From: an uncultured Coriobacteriaceae bacterium | GTDB taxonomy: Bacteria; Actinomycetota; Coriobacteriia; Coriobacteriales; CADBOM01 | Assembly (NCBI GenBank): GCA_964558235.1 | Contig: CAZLCK010000002.1 | Coordinates: forward strand, 14,354-78,353 | Direction: 5' to 3' | DNA length: 64,000 nt | In this document: positions 18,246 through 28,888 of the stretch, one piece after another | How the letters are laid out: every line of letters starts with the position of its first letter | Position numbering within the stretch: position 1 is the first letter of the stretch | Position numbers and translations under genes: made by a program | The notes under the pieces: model-generated | Databases searched by the model: none | Seen by the model: the letters and a program-made list of their open reading frames with translations, nothing else | Told to the model about the DNA's origin: nothing

Positions 18246-19871
18246 TTAATTATTTGGAGTAACGCCTAAAATCTCTTCAACCATTAAAATTGGTAGGGTA
18301 ATACAGGTCATTCCAATGCTCATTCCACAAACACTAAAGTTGTAGATGTTTCCATAGACATCTCCGGTCATAATTCCAACGTTATAAAGTCCAGGAATTG
18401 GGTTGTCATTCTCGTCGCAGACCTCATTATGTAAGCTAGTACGAAGACCGCCATAGATGCTTAGCCAAGAGCCATCTGTAATAACGTTGTACTTTGCAGC
18501 ATAGAATGGTGCTTTGCGAATCGGAGCAAGATGAGCCTTATTCTTGTGGTATTCCTCATCAATTCCGGTGTCACAATAATGGTTGTAGCGTTCGATTGTC
18601 GATAGAGCATTATCGACATCGATGCCCCCTATCTGCTCAAGAGCCTCTCTTAGGGTATCTGCTTTTACGAATGTCCCCTTTTCAACTTCAGCCTCAATCT
18701 GGCGGACAATCTCCTCTGGTGGCCATGGCTTTGGACCGTTGTCACCCTCGTAGCTAACTCCAAAGTCTTCCCATTCATCATAGAAGTATGGGTAGTCAGC
18801 ATCCCAAACATAGAAGATATTTTGATTTGGCTGATAAAGATCCATCCATGCACCATAGGCGCAGGTTGTATCTTCATTCATGAAGCGGTCGCCGCGCTCG
18901 TTTAGATTGATTCCTTGGAAGTTACTCATAGATTGCTGATGGGGGACAGGTCCGAGTAGGTCTAATTGTGGAACATTTGGATATGTACGTTGCCAAGCAG
19001 CTCCAGCCCAAAGACCCATCTTTTGACCATCGCCAGTCATAACACCGCCAAAAACAAGCTCGTTATCGTAGTTCTTTGGGTTCTTTCCGTAGTATTGAAC
19101 AACCTCTGGGGAATATTTAGCAACCATGTCTATGTCATTGGAAAAATCTCCAGTAGCAAGAACAACAGCCTTATGTCCGATGTACTTTACATAGGAGTCA
19201 TCTTCGCGCTGTGCGACTGCTCCTATAACACGGCCAGAGTCATCTTTCACTAGGTATTTAGCAACAACCTTATAATCGATCTTCACTCCATTTTCGATAG
19301 CTTTTTTCTCTAAAACCTTCATCACAAGACGCTGTCCAGCCTTTGCTCCATTTGTAATTCCATCTCCTATCCATCCATGCGAAGAAGGAACTTGAGTGTA
19401 AGCGCCATCAACGTCTCTAAATGGGGCTTCTAGAGTTGTCTCATACCCAGCCTCTTCCATCATATCGATAAGCCAGTCCATGGTTCTAGCCGAGTTATCA
19501 ATCCATCTCCACCACTTTGCAACATCCACACGTCCACCATTGTTGGCAATTTCTTGTTTAATGCGAGCTTTTTCAGACTCACCATCAAATGTTATTCCAC
19601 GGCGTTTTTGAACCTTTGTACCCCAGCCGCAGTTTGATCCACCTCTGCTAATTGGGCGAGAACTTGCAGCAAAAAGTCTTACATCTGCACCAAGTTCACT
19701 AGCTTTTGTCGCTGTGACAAATCCAGAGACACCACCTCCGATAACTAAAATTTCAGACTCGAATGTTTCGACGATTTGACTTTCTGGAACTTCGGCTGGA
19801 GGAATCTCAAAATTCCATTTGGTATTGCGATACTTTTCGGCGTCCAAAATAAATTCATTGTTTTGAGACAT
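18246..19871 (-). CDS. FAD-dependent oxidoreductase (FAD_binding_2, fumarate/urocanate-reductase-like flavoprotein)
   Basis: Dinucleotide fold VIGGGVSGFVTATKASELGADV, ~540 aa, no signal peptide. The second ATG (19871) is better spaced from AGGAG than 19877. Confidence 0.75.
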   Translation of the reverse strand: MSQNNEFILDAEKYRNTKWNFEIPPAEVPESQIVETFESEILVIGGGVSGFVTATKASELGADVRLFAASSRPISRGGSNCGWGTKVQKRRGITFDGESEKARIKQEIANNGGRVDVAKWWRWIDNSARTMDWLIDMMEEAGYETTLEAPFRDVDGAYTQVPSSHGWIGDGITNGAKAGQRLVMKVLEKKAIENGVKIDYKVVAKYLVKDDSGRVIGAVAQREDDSYVKYIGHKAVVLATGDFSNDIDMVAKYSPEVVQYYGKNPKNYDNELVFGGVMTGDGQKMGLWAGAAWQRTYPNVPQLDLLGPVPHQQSMSNFQGINLNERGDRFMNEDTTCAYGAWMDLYQPNQNIFYVWDADYPYFYDEWEDFGVSYEGDNGPKPWPPEEIVRQIEAEVEKGTFVKADTLREALEQIGGIDVDNALSTIERYNHYCDTGIDEEYHKNKAHLAPIRKAPFYAAKYNVITDGSWLSIYGGLRTSLHNEVCDENDNPIPGLYNVGIMTGDVYGNIYNFSVCGMSIGMTCITLPILMVEEILGVTPNN

Positions 19872-20074
19872 GACCATTTCTCCTATTGATCGAACTTGCT
19901 CAACAAAACTTTTAGCACTTAGTAAACGAATTAACTAAAGTTCAAATCTGTCTAATTTCAAACACTTATTAGATTATACTGTCCGCCGCTTGTGTTTGTA
20001 GAATGTAATTAAATAACTATTGATTTTGTTAATATGTAGATTAGTAGAATTTATTGAGGAAGAGAGGCTAATAA

Positions 20075-21589
20075 ATGGCGTATTTTTATCCGGAAACTGC
20101 CCATACTTTTAACGAGTATTTATTAGTTCCAGGATATTCGTCGGCTGAGTGTATTCCAGATAAAGTGAGTCTCAAAACACCACTTGTAAAATTTAAAAAA
20201 GGACAAGAAAGTCCTATTAGTCTTTCTATTCCTTTAACTTCTGCAATCATGCAATCTGTATCCGATGACAAGATGGCAATTGCATTAGCTACCGAAGGCG
20301 GCTTGTCATTTATTTACGGATCTCAAACTATTGAATCTGAAGCCGCAATGATTGCTAGGGTCAAGGATTATAAAGCTGGTTTTGTTGAGAGTGATTCCAA
20401 CATTTCACCAGATATGACTTTGGCAGATGTCGTTGAACTCAAAAGGCAATCGGGGCATTCTACCATGCCTGTTACAGAGGATGGAAGTGCTCATGGCAAG
20501 ATTGTTGGAATCGTAACTAGTCGAGATTATAGACTTTCTAGAATGTCTTTGGATACTAAAGTCGTTGACTTTATGACTCCGCGTGAAAAGCTCATTGTAG
20601 CTGGTAAAGACACAACTTTATCCGAGGCTAATGACATTATTTGGGATCATCGAATAAATGCTTTACCAGTCGTTGATGAAGATGACAGGCTTTTGTCGAT
20701 GGTCTTTCGCAAAGATTATGATTCTCACAAAGAAAATCCAAATGAGCTACTAGATTCTCAAAAACGCTACATGGTTGGCGCTGGAATTAATACTCGTGAT
20801 TACAAAGAACGCGTTCCTGCTTTAATTGAAGCTGGGGCTGATGTTTTGTGCATCGACTCCTCTGAAGGCTTTACTGAATGGCAAAAAAATACTCTATCTT
20901 GGATTAGAGATAATTATGGCGACGATATTAAGGTCGGAGCTGGCAATATTGTTGATGCTGAGGGCTTTCGTTTCTTAGCAGATTGTGGAGCTGACTTCAT
21001 AAAGGTTGGAATTGGTGGCGGTTCCATTTGTATCACGCGTGAACAAAAGGGTATTGGACGTGGTCAGGCAACCTCTCTTATCGATGTTGCCCATGAACGT
21101 GATAAGTACTTTGAAGAAAAAGGCGTTTATATTCCAGTTTGTTCTGATGGTGGTGTGGTTTATGACCATCACATGACACTCGCTTTAGCAATGGGCGCAG
21201 ACTTTTTGATGTTAGGTCGTTATTTTGCAAGATTTGATGAGAGCCCAACTGCAAGAGTTTCAATCAATGGGAGCTATATGAAGGAATACTGGGGTGAGGG
21301 TTCTGCTCGCGCTCGCAATTGGCAAAGATATGACATGGGCGGAAAGAAGGGTCTTTCTTTTGAAGAGGGAGTTGACTCTTATGTGCCTTATGCTGGATCG
21401 CTTAAAGATAATGTCTCTCAGACTTTAATTAAGATGCGTTCTACAATGTGCAATTGTGGAGCACTTTCTATTCCAGAGTTTCAACAAAAAGCAAAAATTA
21501 CGCTGGTAAGTTCAACATCGATAATTGAGGGCGGAGCACACGATGTTTTGCTAAAAGACTCCGCTTCTGCTACTGGCGCATCATTTTAA
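20075..21589 (+). CDS. guaB: IMP dehydrogenase
   Basis: 504 aa with an internal CBS pair and the catalytic Cys loop [12 protein letters not shown]. Confidence 0.9.
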   Translation: MAYFYPETAHTFNEYLLVPGYSSAECIPDKVSLKTPLVKFKKGQESPISLSIPLTSAIMQSVSDDKMAIALATEGGLSFIYGSQTIESEAAMIARVKDYKAGFVESDSNISPDMTLADVVELKRQSGHSTMPVTEDGSAHGKIVGIVTSRDYRLSRMSLDTKVVDFMTPREKLIVAGKDTTLSEANDIIWDHRINALPVVDEDDRLLSMVFRKDYDSHKENPNELLDSQKRYMVGAGINTRDYKERVPALIEAGADVLCIDSSEGFTEWQKNTLSWIRDNYGDDIKVGAGNIVDAEGFRFLADCGADFIKVGIGGGSICITREQKGIGRGQATSLIDVAHERDKYFEEKGVYIPVCSDGGVVYDHHMTLALAMGADFLMLGRYFARFDESPTARVSINGSYMKEYWGEGSARARNWQRYDMGGKKGLSFEEGVDSYVPYAGSLKDNVSQTLIKMRSTMCNCGALSIPEFQQKAKITLVSSTSIIEGGAHDVLLKDSASATGASF

Positions 21590-21614
21590 TCAAGACTAAA
21601 GGAGCACATAAAAG

Positions 21615-24164
21615 TTGATCGAAGAATATAACCCTAGATCGATTGAGCCAAAGTGGCAAAAGATCTGGGAAGAATCTGGTGAGTTTAAAGTAGATGAAAA
21701 CTCCGATAAACCCAAGATGTATGTCTTGGAGATGTTTCCATATCCATCTGGTGATATTCATATGGGGCATGTGCGCAACTATACAATTGGTGATGTGATT
21801 GCGCGCTATTCCAAGATGCAAGGATATGATGTTTTACATCCAATTGGTTGGGATGCCTTTGGACTACCTGCAGAAAATGCTGCTATTAAGCACAATTCTC
21901 ATCCAGCAAATTGGACTTATTCCAATATTGAAACCCAAAAGAACTCTTTTAGACGTATGGGATTTTCGTATGATTGGGATAGAACTGTTGTAACTTGTGA
22001 TGCCGATTACTATCGCTGGGGGCAATGGATTTTCTTAAAACTCTACGAGATGGGTCTTGTTGAAAGAAAGAGTTCACCTGTCAATTGGTGTCCTGGGTGC
22101 AAGACCGTTTTAGCTAATGAGCAAGTGTTGGATGGGGGAGCTTGTTGGAGATGCGATTCTGTTGTTGAAAAGCGTGAGCTAGAACAATGGTACTTTAAAA
22201 TTACCAATTATTCTCAAGAGCTTCTAGATGATTTGCAAAAGCTAAAAGGCTGGCCTACACGAGTTAAGCAGATGCAAGAGAATTGGATCGGAAGATCTGA
22301 GGGTGCTGAGGTTGACTTTACGCTATGTGATTCAAATGGTGAGATAACTGAGCAAAAGATCACTGTATTTACAACAAGAGCTGACACCTTGTTTGGATGT
22401 ACATTCTTTTTGTTAGCGCCGGAACATCCATTAGTTCATGAGCTCGTTTGTGGTACTGAATATGAGCAAGATGTAAATGAAGTAATTGAGATTGCCAGAA
22501 AATCCAGTGCTGTTGAAAGATCTTTAGGAAATCGTGAAAAGCATGGTGCCTTTACTGGAAGATATGTTGTTAATCCTGTAAACAATGAGAAAGTTCCTGT
22601 TTGGATTAGCGATTACGTCATGATGGACTATGGAACTGGCGCTGTTATGGCCGTTCCTTCTGGAGATCAGCGCGACTTCGAATTTGCTCGTAAATATAAC
22701 CTTCCAATTATTCCAGTTGTTTTGCCTAAGGGTGATCCTTTGTTCGCGCAACTAAAGGATGAAAAGGGTAGGGTAGTCACAAACGTCGATTGGGATCAGG
22801 CCTTTGACTGCGAAGGTTATATGGTTCAATCTGGCGATTTTACTGGACTTAAAGGTGGCAAAGGCTCTGAAGGATTTAATGCTGTAGTTAATTATTTAGA
22901 GGAATGCGGTACAGGACGTAAAGCTATTACCTACCGTTTGCGTGATTGGCTTATTTCGCGCCAGCGTTATTGGGGAAATCCAATTCCTATGATTCATTGC
23001 GACCATTGCGGAATCGTTCCTGTCGCAGAAAGTGACTTGCCAGTTTTGTTACCTATGGATGTAGATGTTTCTTCTGGTAAGTCAGTCAAAGATATTCCAG
23101 ATTTTTATAACGTTAAGTGTCCAAAGTGTGGGGCGGATGCTCATAGAGAGACCGACACAATGGACACCTTTACGTGTTCTTCTTGGTATTACTTGCGTTA
23201 TGCCGACCCTCATAATGACAAGCTTCCGTTTGATAAGGAAAAAGTTGACAGATGGCTTCCAACCGACCAATACATTGGTGGTATAGAGCATGCAATTTTG
23301 CACCTTTTATATTCGCGCTTCTTTGTGAAGGCTCTGCGCGATGCTGGACTTTTGAGTTTTGATGAGCCATTTGAAAATCTACTAACACAGGGTATGGTAA
23401 AGCTTGATGGTGCAGTTATGTCTAAATCTTTGGGGAACGTAATTGCTCCAGAAGACATGATAGAAAAATACGGCGTGGATGCGCTGCGTGCTTTTATCTT
23501 GTTTATGGCTCCTCCTGACAAGGATTTAGAATGGTCAAATGAAGGTCTTGAAGGCATTTGGCGCTTTATGAATAGAGTTTGGCGCATGGTTCATATTCTC
23601 TATGGAGAAAATGATGACCAGGTTGATCAAAACATCATTAGAGATATTACTGATTCTGAGCTTGAAAAGGCCAATAAGGATCTTACTCGAGAACTCCATC
23701 GTGTTATTGGGAAGTTTACTGACGATATGGATCGCAGAAACTTCAATACTGCAATTGCTGCACTTATGGAGCTAGTCAACAAAACTACTAACTATCTTCA
23801 TATTTCTGAAGAATATAGAGATGTAGAACTTTGTAAGCACGTTGGCAAAACTATAGTCGAGCTTTTTTCTCCAATTGCACCTCATTTTTGTGAAGAGCTC
23901 TATCATAGTGTGATCGGTGGAACTGGCTCTATTAATGATGTTGATTGGCCAGTTTATGATCCTGACCTTGCGAGGGCAGATGAGGTTGAAATTGCTATTC
24001 AGGTCAATGGCAAGATTAAAGCCAGAATTGATGTAGCAGCTGATACCAGTGAGAATGATGTCAAGGCCTTAGCTCAAGAAAGCGTTGCTGGCGCTTTGGA
24101 AGGTAAAGAGATTAAGAAGATCATCTATGTTGCTGGCAAGCTTGTAAATATTGTTGCTAAGTAG
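21615..24164 (+). CDS. leuS: Leucyl-tRNA synthetase
   Basis: HIGH-type motif [18 protein letters not shown]-type motif VMSKSLGN, 849 aa. TTG start. Confidence 0.95.
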   Translation: MIEEYNPRSIEPKWQKIWEESGEFKVDENSDKPKMYVLEMFPYPSGDIHMGHVRNYTIGDVIARYSKMQGYDVLHPIGWDAFGLPAENAAIKHNSHPANWTYSNIETQKNSFRRMGFSYDWDRTVVTCDADYYRWGQWIFLKLYEMGLVERKSSPVNWCPGCKTVLANEQVLDGGACWRCDSVVEKRELEQWYFKITNYSQELLDDLQKLKGWPTRVKQMQENWIGRSEGAEVDFTLCDSNGEITEQKITVFTTRADTLFGCTFFLLAPEHPLVHELVCGTEYEQDVNEVIEIARKSSAVERSLGNREKHGAFTGRYVVNPVNNEKVPVWISDYVMMDYGTGAVMAVPSGDQRDFEFARKYNLPIIPVVLPKGDPLFAQLKDEKGRVVTNVDWDQAFDCEGYMVQSGDFTGLKGGKGSEGFNAVVNYLEECGTGRKAITYRLRDWLISRQRYWGNPIPMIHCDHCGIVPVAESDLPVLLPMDVDVSSGKSVKDIPDFYNVKCPKCGADAHRETDTMDTFTCSSWYYLRYADPHNDKLPFDKEKVDRWLPTDQYIGGIEHAILHLLYSRFFVKALRDAGLLSFDEPFENLLTQGMVKLDGAVMSKSLGNVIAPEDMIEKYGVDALRAFILFMAPPDKDLEWSNEGLEGIWRFMNRVWRMVHILYGENDDQVDQNIIRDITDSELEKANKDLTRELHRVIGKFTDDMDRRNFNTAIAALMELVNKTTNYLHISEEYRDVELCKHVGKTIVELFSPIAPHFCEELYHSVIGGTGSINDVDWPVYDPDLARADEVEIAIQVNGKIKARIDVAADTSENDVKALAQESVAGALEGKEIKKIIYVAGKLVNIVAK

Positions 24165-24361
24165 AGATAAAGGCTTTAAAAGGGGATTAATCTAATGGAG
24201 AGTTTATCTGCCTGTAGAGCTATTTTCATAACTTTACATAAGATATATTATCAGATTTAAATAAAAGATAAGCTTTAAGTAGCCATCGATCCTAAATACT
24301 TTTTTAACGATACTTAAGTCATTTAAATGAGCTATAAGCATTAACAATTTTTACTTTAAAG

Positions 24362-24389
24362 TAACAAGCTTAAAGACATAAGCTTGTTA
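24362..24389. other. 11-bp perfect hairpin in the long leuS-downstream spacer
   Basis: TAACAAGCTTA-aagaca-TAAGCTTGTTA. It lies ~200 nt past the leuS stop and is not followed by a T-tract. Confidence 0.4.
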
Positions 24390-24608
24390 ACCTTACAAGC
24401 TGTTTAAACTGTTCTTCATTATTTGTATGTATGATGATTTGAATCTAATCAGTAAAAACGATCCACGCCATTGTAGATTTTCATTTTCTTCATAACCTGT
24501 ATTTCAATTCTCTACGGTTACTTTTATTGATGACCTACTTGACGTGGATCGCAATATTCTTTTTATAGTTAAAAGCTAGGATATTAAATGCTTTTAAATT
24601 TCAGCAGT

Positions 24609-26582
24609 TTAGATTATTGGATCAACTCCAATGTCCATAGCTGCTTGATAAGCGTTCCAATTTGCTTCACGAATGCTCTTTGAGGCTAGCGCATCGCCAA
24701 CCAGATAGAATTGCGGAGCACATAGACGCAAGCTCAAAGCTTCATCGCGCAGAGGACGCATACCCATTGCAGTTGCAACAGTATCGGCCTTGAAGAGCTG
24801 TTGAGTTCCATCAGGACCCTCGGCAATAACACCTTCTGGTGTAACTTCAATAGCGCGTGTTGATGTATGTACATCGATTCCATATTTTGGATACTGCAAG
24901 TTTAAAGCATTTTGCTGAAGAATATTTCCACCTGCATTTAAAGCTGGAGCCATCTCCAAAACGGTGCATTTCTTACCTTGCATTCCTAGATAAACGCTGA
25001 GCTCGCTACCTACAAGACCGCCACCAAGAATGACAACGTTGTCGCCTGCCTTCTCTGGATGTTTATAAAGTTCTTGAGCAGAGATTACATTGTCACCATC
25101 AATGCCCGGAATTGGAGCTACAAACTCTTTAGCTCCTAATGCAACGATAATTGCGTCAGCACCAATCTCATCGCAAATCTCTTGAGTCGCATTGGTATTG
25201 AGTCTAATATCAACACCTGCCTCTTCACAAAGGCGTGCTTGTTGAGCAATGTAATTATCTAGATGCTTTTTAAATGGAACGTCTTTCTCGCATGTCAATA
25301 CACCACCAAGATGATCGTTCTTTTCGAGCAAAATAACTTCATGCCCACGCTGAGCAGCGGTAATAGCCGCTGTCATACCTGCGATTCCACCACCGACTAC
25401 TAGAACTTTCTTTGGCTTAGCTTCAATACGCGGATATTTCTGCTCTTCAGCCCAGCCTATTTGCGGATTGATTGCGCATGAATACTCCTCTCCTTGTAAA
25501 ACATGGGAGAAGCAAGATGAACATCTTAAACACTGTCTTATGTGTTCATCGTCTCCATCATGCGCTTTATTTGGTAGATCTGGGTCAGCAGATAGTGCGC
25601 GCGCTAGCTCAACAACATCAGCTTTTCCGCTTGCAATGATCTCTTCCATCATTTCTGGATCAGAAAGCGATCCGACGCAGGCGACAGGTGTATCTACATG
25701 CTTTTTAATCTCAGCAGCATATTTAACATTAACACCGTCTTCCAAGAACATATTTGGATGAGTGATTGTAAATACTTCATCACGCTCGTGGCATCCAGCA
25801 GAAACGTGAATCAAATCTAGATGACCATCAAGATGCTTTGCAATCTCAACACCATAGTCGAGGTCATATCCACCATCATAGATCTCAGAGCCTGATATAC
25901 GCATCTCAATTACAAAGTTAGGGCCGCACTTCTTACGGATTGCATCGCATACAGCTATCGGGAAGCGCATACGATTTTCCATAGAACCGCCCCACTCATC
26001 TTTACGGTCATTTGTTGGATGCATAAACTGGGTCAGCAACCAACCATGCCCACCATGTAGCGTAACCATGCCAAACCCTAGATGTTTTGCAAGTGCTGCA
26101 GCATCAGCGAATTTATTGATTGTACGTTCGATTATCTCAGGTGGCATCTCCTCGGCAACAACATCGCCTTCATGATGGAAGTTATCGGTTTTTGTTGCAA
26201 CTGCTCCATAAATCGTATGACCCATGTCATAGGAAAGTCTAGCGGAAGAGCCGCAGTGATTTAACTCGATAGAAGGCACAGCACCATGTTTAGAAACACA
26301 TTTTGCCATCCTATTTAAATGAACACAATTCGCGATATTATCCATATGGATATGTGGGCCATTTCCCATTCCTAGTTCGCTATCTACGGTTGCATCTCCA
26401 TAGCAGACAGCGGCACATCCACCCATAGCCTTACGCTCATAAAACATCATATTTTCAGGCAAAGGCTGATTTCCATATGTGCTTAAACTAGTTCCTTGTG
26501 GTGAAGCAAAAATCCTGTTTTTAAAATAGGTGTTAGCCAAAATGATAGGCTCAAATAGATGAGGATATTTGAGTTTGTACAT
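24609..26582 (-). CDS. Old-yellow-enzyme family NADH:flavin oxidoreductase fused to an FAD/NAD(P) domain (2,4-dienoyl-CoA / enoate reductase type)
   Basis: 657 aa. The N-terminal TIM-barrel FMN domain carries TLHGGHGWLLTQF. Fe-S motif CLRCSSC...C. C-terminal GGGIAGMTAA and GGGLVGSE dinucleotide folds. Strong SD AAAGGAGAA. Confidence 0.85.
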   Translation of the reverse strand: MYKLKYPHLFEPIILANTYFKNRIFASPQGTSLSTYGNQPLPENMMFYERKAMGGCAAVCYGDATVDSELGMGNGPHIHMDNIANCVHLNRMAKCVSKHGAVPSIELNHCGSSARLSYDMGHTIYGAVATKTDNFHHEGDVVAEEMPPEIIERTINKFADAAALAKHLGFGMVTLHGGHGWLLTQFMHPTNDRKDEWGGSMENRMRFPIAVCDAIRKKCGPNFVIEMRISGSEIYDGGYDLDYGVEIAKHLDGHLDLIHVSAGCHERDEVFTITHPNMFLEDGVNVKYAAEIKKHVDTPVACVGSLSDPEMMEEIIASGKADVVELARALSADPDLPNKAHDGDDEHIRQCLRCSSCFSHVLQGEEYSCAINPQIGWAEEQKYPRIEAKPKKVLVVGGGIAGMTAAITAAQRGHEVILLEKNDHLGGVLTCEKDVPFKKHLDNYIAQQARLCEEAGVDIRLNTNATQEICDEIGADAIIVALGAKEFVAPIPGIDGDNVISAQELYKHPEKAGDNVVILGGGLVGSELSVYLGMQGKKCTVLEMAPALNAGGNILQQNALNLQYPKYGIDVHTSTRAIEVTPEGVIAEGPDGTQQLFKADTVATAMGMRPLRDEALSLRLCAPQFYLVGDALASKSIREANWNAYQAAMDIGVDPII

Positions 26583-26614
26583 TCATTCTCCTTTCAAACT
26601 TTCCTAATGAGCAC

Positions 26615-26658
26615 ACAAAAAAGGTGCCTAGACGGGATATCTCCGCCACGGCACCTTT
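26615..26658 (-). terminator. Intrinsic terminator after the URO-D-like gene
   Basis: 9-bp stem AAAGGTGCC/GGCACCTTT with a 21-nt loop. On the minus strand it is followed by TTTTTTGTG. Confidence 0.7.
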
Positions 26659-26715
26659 GTGGCAAATCTATTATCTAAATACTAACAACTATAACTTAGA
26701 TTTAACAGTAAAACA

Positions 26716-27759
26716 CTAGTCATAGAAGCATCCACCATAGTCATAGACAGCTTTTTCAAGTGTCATTTGCTTACGCATGTTATTTTCGTCACCAATCGGT
26801 CCAACAAAGCCTCCACAGAATGCATATCCACCATCTGGAGCAAAGGTATCGATGATGTTTTTTACCTCTTCAATGATGGCTTCATCTGGACAATCTGGTT
26901 CTAGAAGAATTCCTGATGGATCAAATGCGCCAACAATAGCAATCTCGCGACCCCACTTCTTCTTAAATCCAACAAGATCGTTCATTGTTTGAGCTGGATC
27001 CCATGCAACAACACCAGCCTCATCATGGCATATTTCGATGAAGTTTGCAGCTGTACCACAGTTATGGAATTGAATTGGGATATCGTTTTGTAAAGCGATC
27101 TCAGCCATACGCTTATAGCATGGCAAGAAGAAGCGTCTGAACATCTCTTCGCTCATAAATGGGACATTTGCAGAACAGGTATCATCGACCATCCAAAGTG
27201 CATCTGGCTTTAAATATTTGAAATACTTTTCTTCGATGTCGCAGTAGAAGTCCATAATGTACTCAAGTAGAGCTTCAACTTCTTCTGGCTCTTCTGACAT
27301 TGCAATGAGACCTTCAGTAAAGCCCATGAAAGATACGAATGTTTGGAATGGGCCTACAAATATATTTTGAGCAACAGCAGTTACATTGCGATCGATCTTC
27401 CAAAGTTTTAGATCATCTTTTACCATCTGCTCCCAGTCTACATCGCTATAATCTGGAGCTTTAATAACGTCACGCCATTTAGTTATGTCATCTAAAATGA
27501 AATTATTTGGCTCAGGAAGTTTTGCGCCTCCAACCTTCTCCTCGCCTACCCACTTTACACCCCAGATGTCAATTCCATCTCCATTAGGATCCATATGGCC
27601 GCTTGTTATAGAAGGTCCAACTGGCATTAGAGGGATAACTTTTTCAAACGACAAAGGCATACCCACCGACCAGATCGGAACCCACTCGGGAATCTCATGT
27701 CTGAGCATTCTCATATAGTTTTCGCCAGGAGTAAGCTTTCGATCTTCAATCTTTGGCAT
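26716..27759 (-). CDS. Uroporphyrinogen-decarboxylase-fold protein (MtaA/CmuA-like methyltransferase family)
   Basis: 347 aa with a URO-D family pattern (MRMLRHEIPEWVPIW...; C-terminal HNCG...). No corrinoid protein gene is adjacent. Confidence 0.65.
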   Translation of the reverse strand: MPKIEDRKLTPGENYMRMLRHEIPEWVPIWSVGMPLSFEKVIPLMPVGPSITSGHMDPNGDGIDIWGVKWVGEEKVGGAKLPEPNNFILDDITKWRDVIKAPDYSDVDWEQMVKDDLKLWKIDRNVTAVAQNIFVGPFQTFVSFMGFTEGLIAMSEEPEEVEALLEYIMDFYCDIEEKYFKYLKPDALWMVDDTCSANVPFMSEEMFRRFFLPCYKRMAEIALQNDIPIQFHNCGTAANFIEICHDEAGVVAWDPAQTMNDLVGFKKKWGREIAIVGAFDPSGILLEPDCPDEAIIEEVKNIIDTFAPDGGYAFCGGFVGPIGDENNMRKQMTLEKAVYDYGGCFYD

Positions 27760-27919
27760 AATGCATAACCTCTTCTCTTATCTAGTTACTTCCATCTCTA
27801 AATGATATAAAAACCATTTAAATTTAAAAGGTATTAAGAAGAAGTTTTTAGTTTTCTTAAAGGATAAAATTTAAAAATGATTAATTTAGGAAAAAGAATA
27901 GGTAATAATTTATTAAGAC

Positions 27920-28771
27920 TTAAAATTTTCCCTGCTTAAAAGCAATAATCAATGACCTAGTTAAAGATAGATCATCATCTTCTTCATAGATATCTTTTCT
28001 ATTAACCCACTCAGCATAGCAAAGCTCGTTTTTATCCATTTTTAATTGTGAACTTCCATCTAAGTTAGCTATAAATCCCATCAAAATATCGCTAGCAAAA
28101 CCCCATGGTTGGCTCGAAAAGTACCTGATGTCTTTAACGCAAACACCTGTCTCTTCTCTAACTTCTCGCATTACAGTTTGCTCTAAAGTCTCCCCAATCT
28201 CACAAAAACCAGCTATCAAAGCGCGTTCGGTGTACTCTCCCCTAGCATATTTGGTCATCAATATATTCTCTCCGTCAATAACAGCAACAATGATTGCAGG
28301 ATTAATTCTTGGGTAAACTCTATTTGAACATTGCGGACAATATAATGCTCTTTCGTCTAAGGCAACTTCCATCTTATGAGTGCATCTTCCGCAATATCTA
28401 TTTGTTTCATACCAAGTTCCAAGTTGATATCCAACAGAAATAGCAAATTGCTCGTCTTTTAAAAACGGAGTTGAACTACGTAAAATCGGCTCATAACTTG
28501 TAGCTTTGATATCAACATCAAATTCTGGATGCCAAAAATATGGTTCATCATCGATTGAAAAAAGATAGATAAAATTTTCGTCTAAATCTATGTTGGATTT
28601 TGATAAGTCAAAAAAAGTTGGAACGGTAAAATCTCTATCTCGATCTACGCTCATAAGGACATCTCTGCCCTTAAAAGTCAATATTTTAGACTCATCAGTA
28701 GGAGTACAAACCTTGTAAGAATTGATGAATAATTTTGGATTTATATCTTGGAGCAAGATGACTCCTCTCAA
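27920..28771 (-). CDS. nudC: NAD+ diphosphatase (NADH pyrophosphatase)
   Basis: Zinc ribbon CGRCTHKM...CPQC followed by the Nudix box GFCEIGETLEQTVMREVREETG and SQPWGFASD. The true start may be TTG 28756 (GGAG 5 nt upstream). Confidence 0.8.
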   Translation of the reverse strand: MRGVILLQDINPKLFINSYKVCTPTDESKILTFKGRDVLMSVDRDRDFTVPTFFDLSKSNIDLDENFIYLFSIDDEPYFWHPEFDVDIKATSYEPILRSSTPFLKDEQFAISVGYQLGTWYETNRYCGRCTHKMEVALDERALYCPQCSNRVYPRINPAIIVAVIDGENILMTKYARGEYTERALIAGFCEIGETLEQTVMREVREETGVCVKDIRYFSSQPWGFASDILMGFIANLDGSSQLKMDKNELCYAEWVNRKDIYEEDDDLSLTRSLIIAFKQGKF

Positions 28772-28888
28772 TTGATTAACGTCTTATTTAGTTTAGTGGG
28801 TTATACTCTAACCGGCGACTATAAATCTAAAAAATACGGGGTAGTTTCTAGCTTTTTTAAAGGTAGAAGACGGAAAGGGCGAGCATAG

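Noticed and set aside
24195-24260. 21-aa ORF (MESLSACRAIFITLHKIYYQI) 30 nt after the leuS stop, with a GGGGA SD-like sequence.
   Set aside because: It has no supporting features. Short ORFs are expected by chance in a 444-nt spacer. It is mentioned only within the finding on that spacer.
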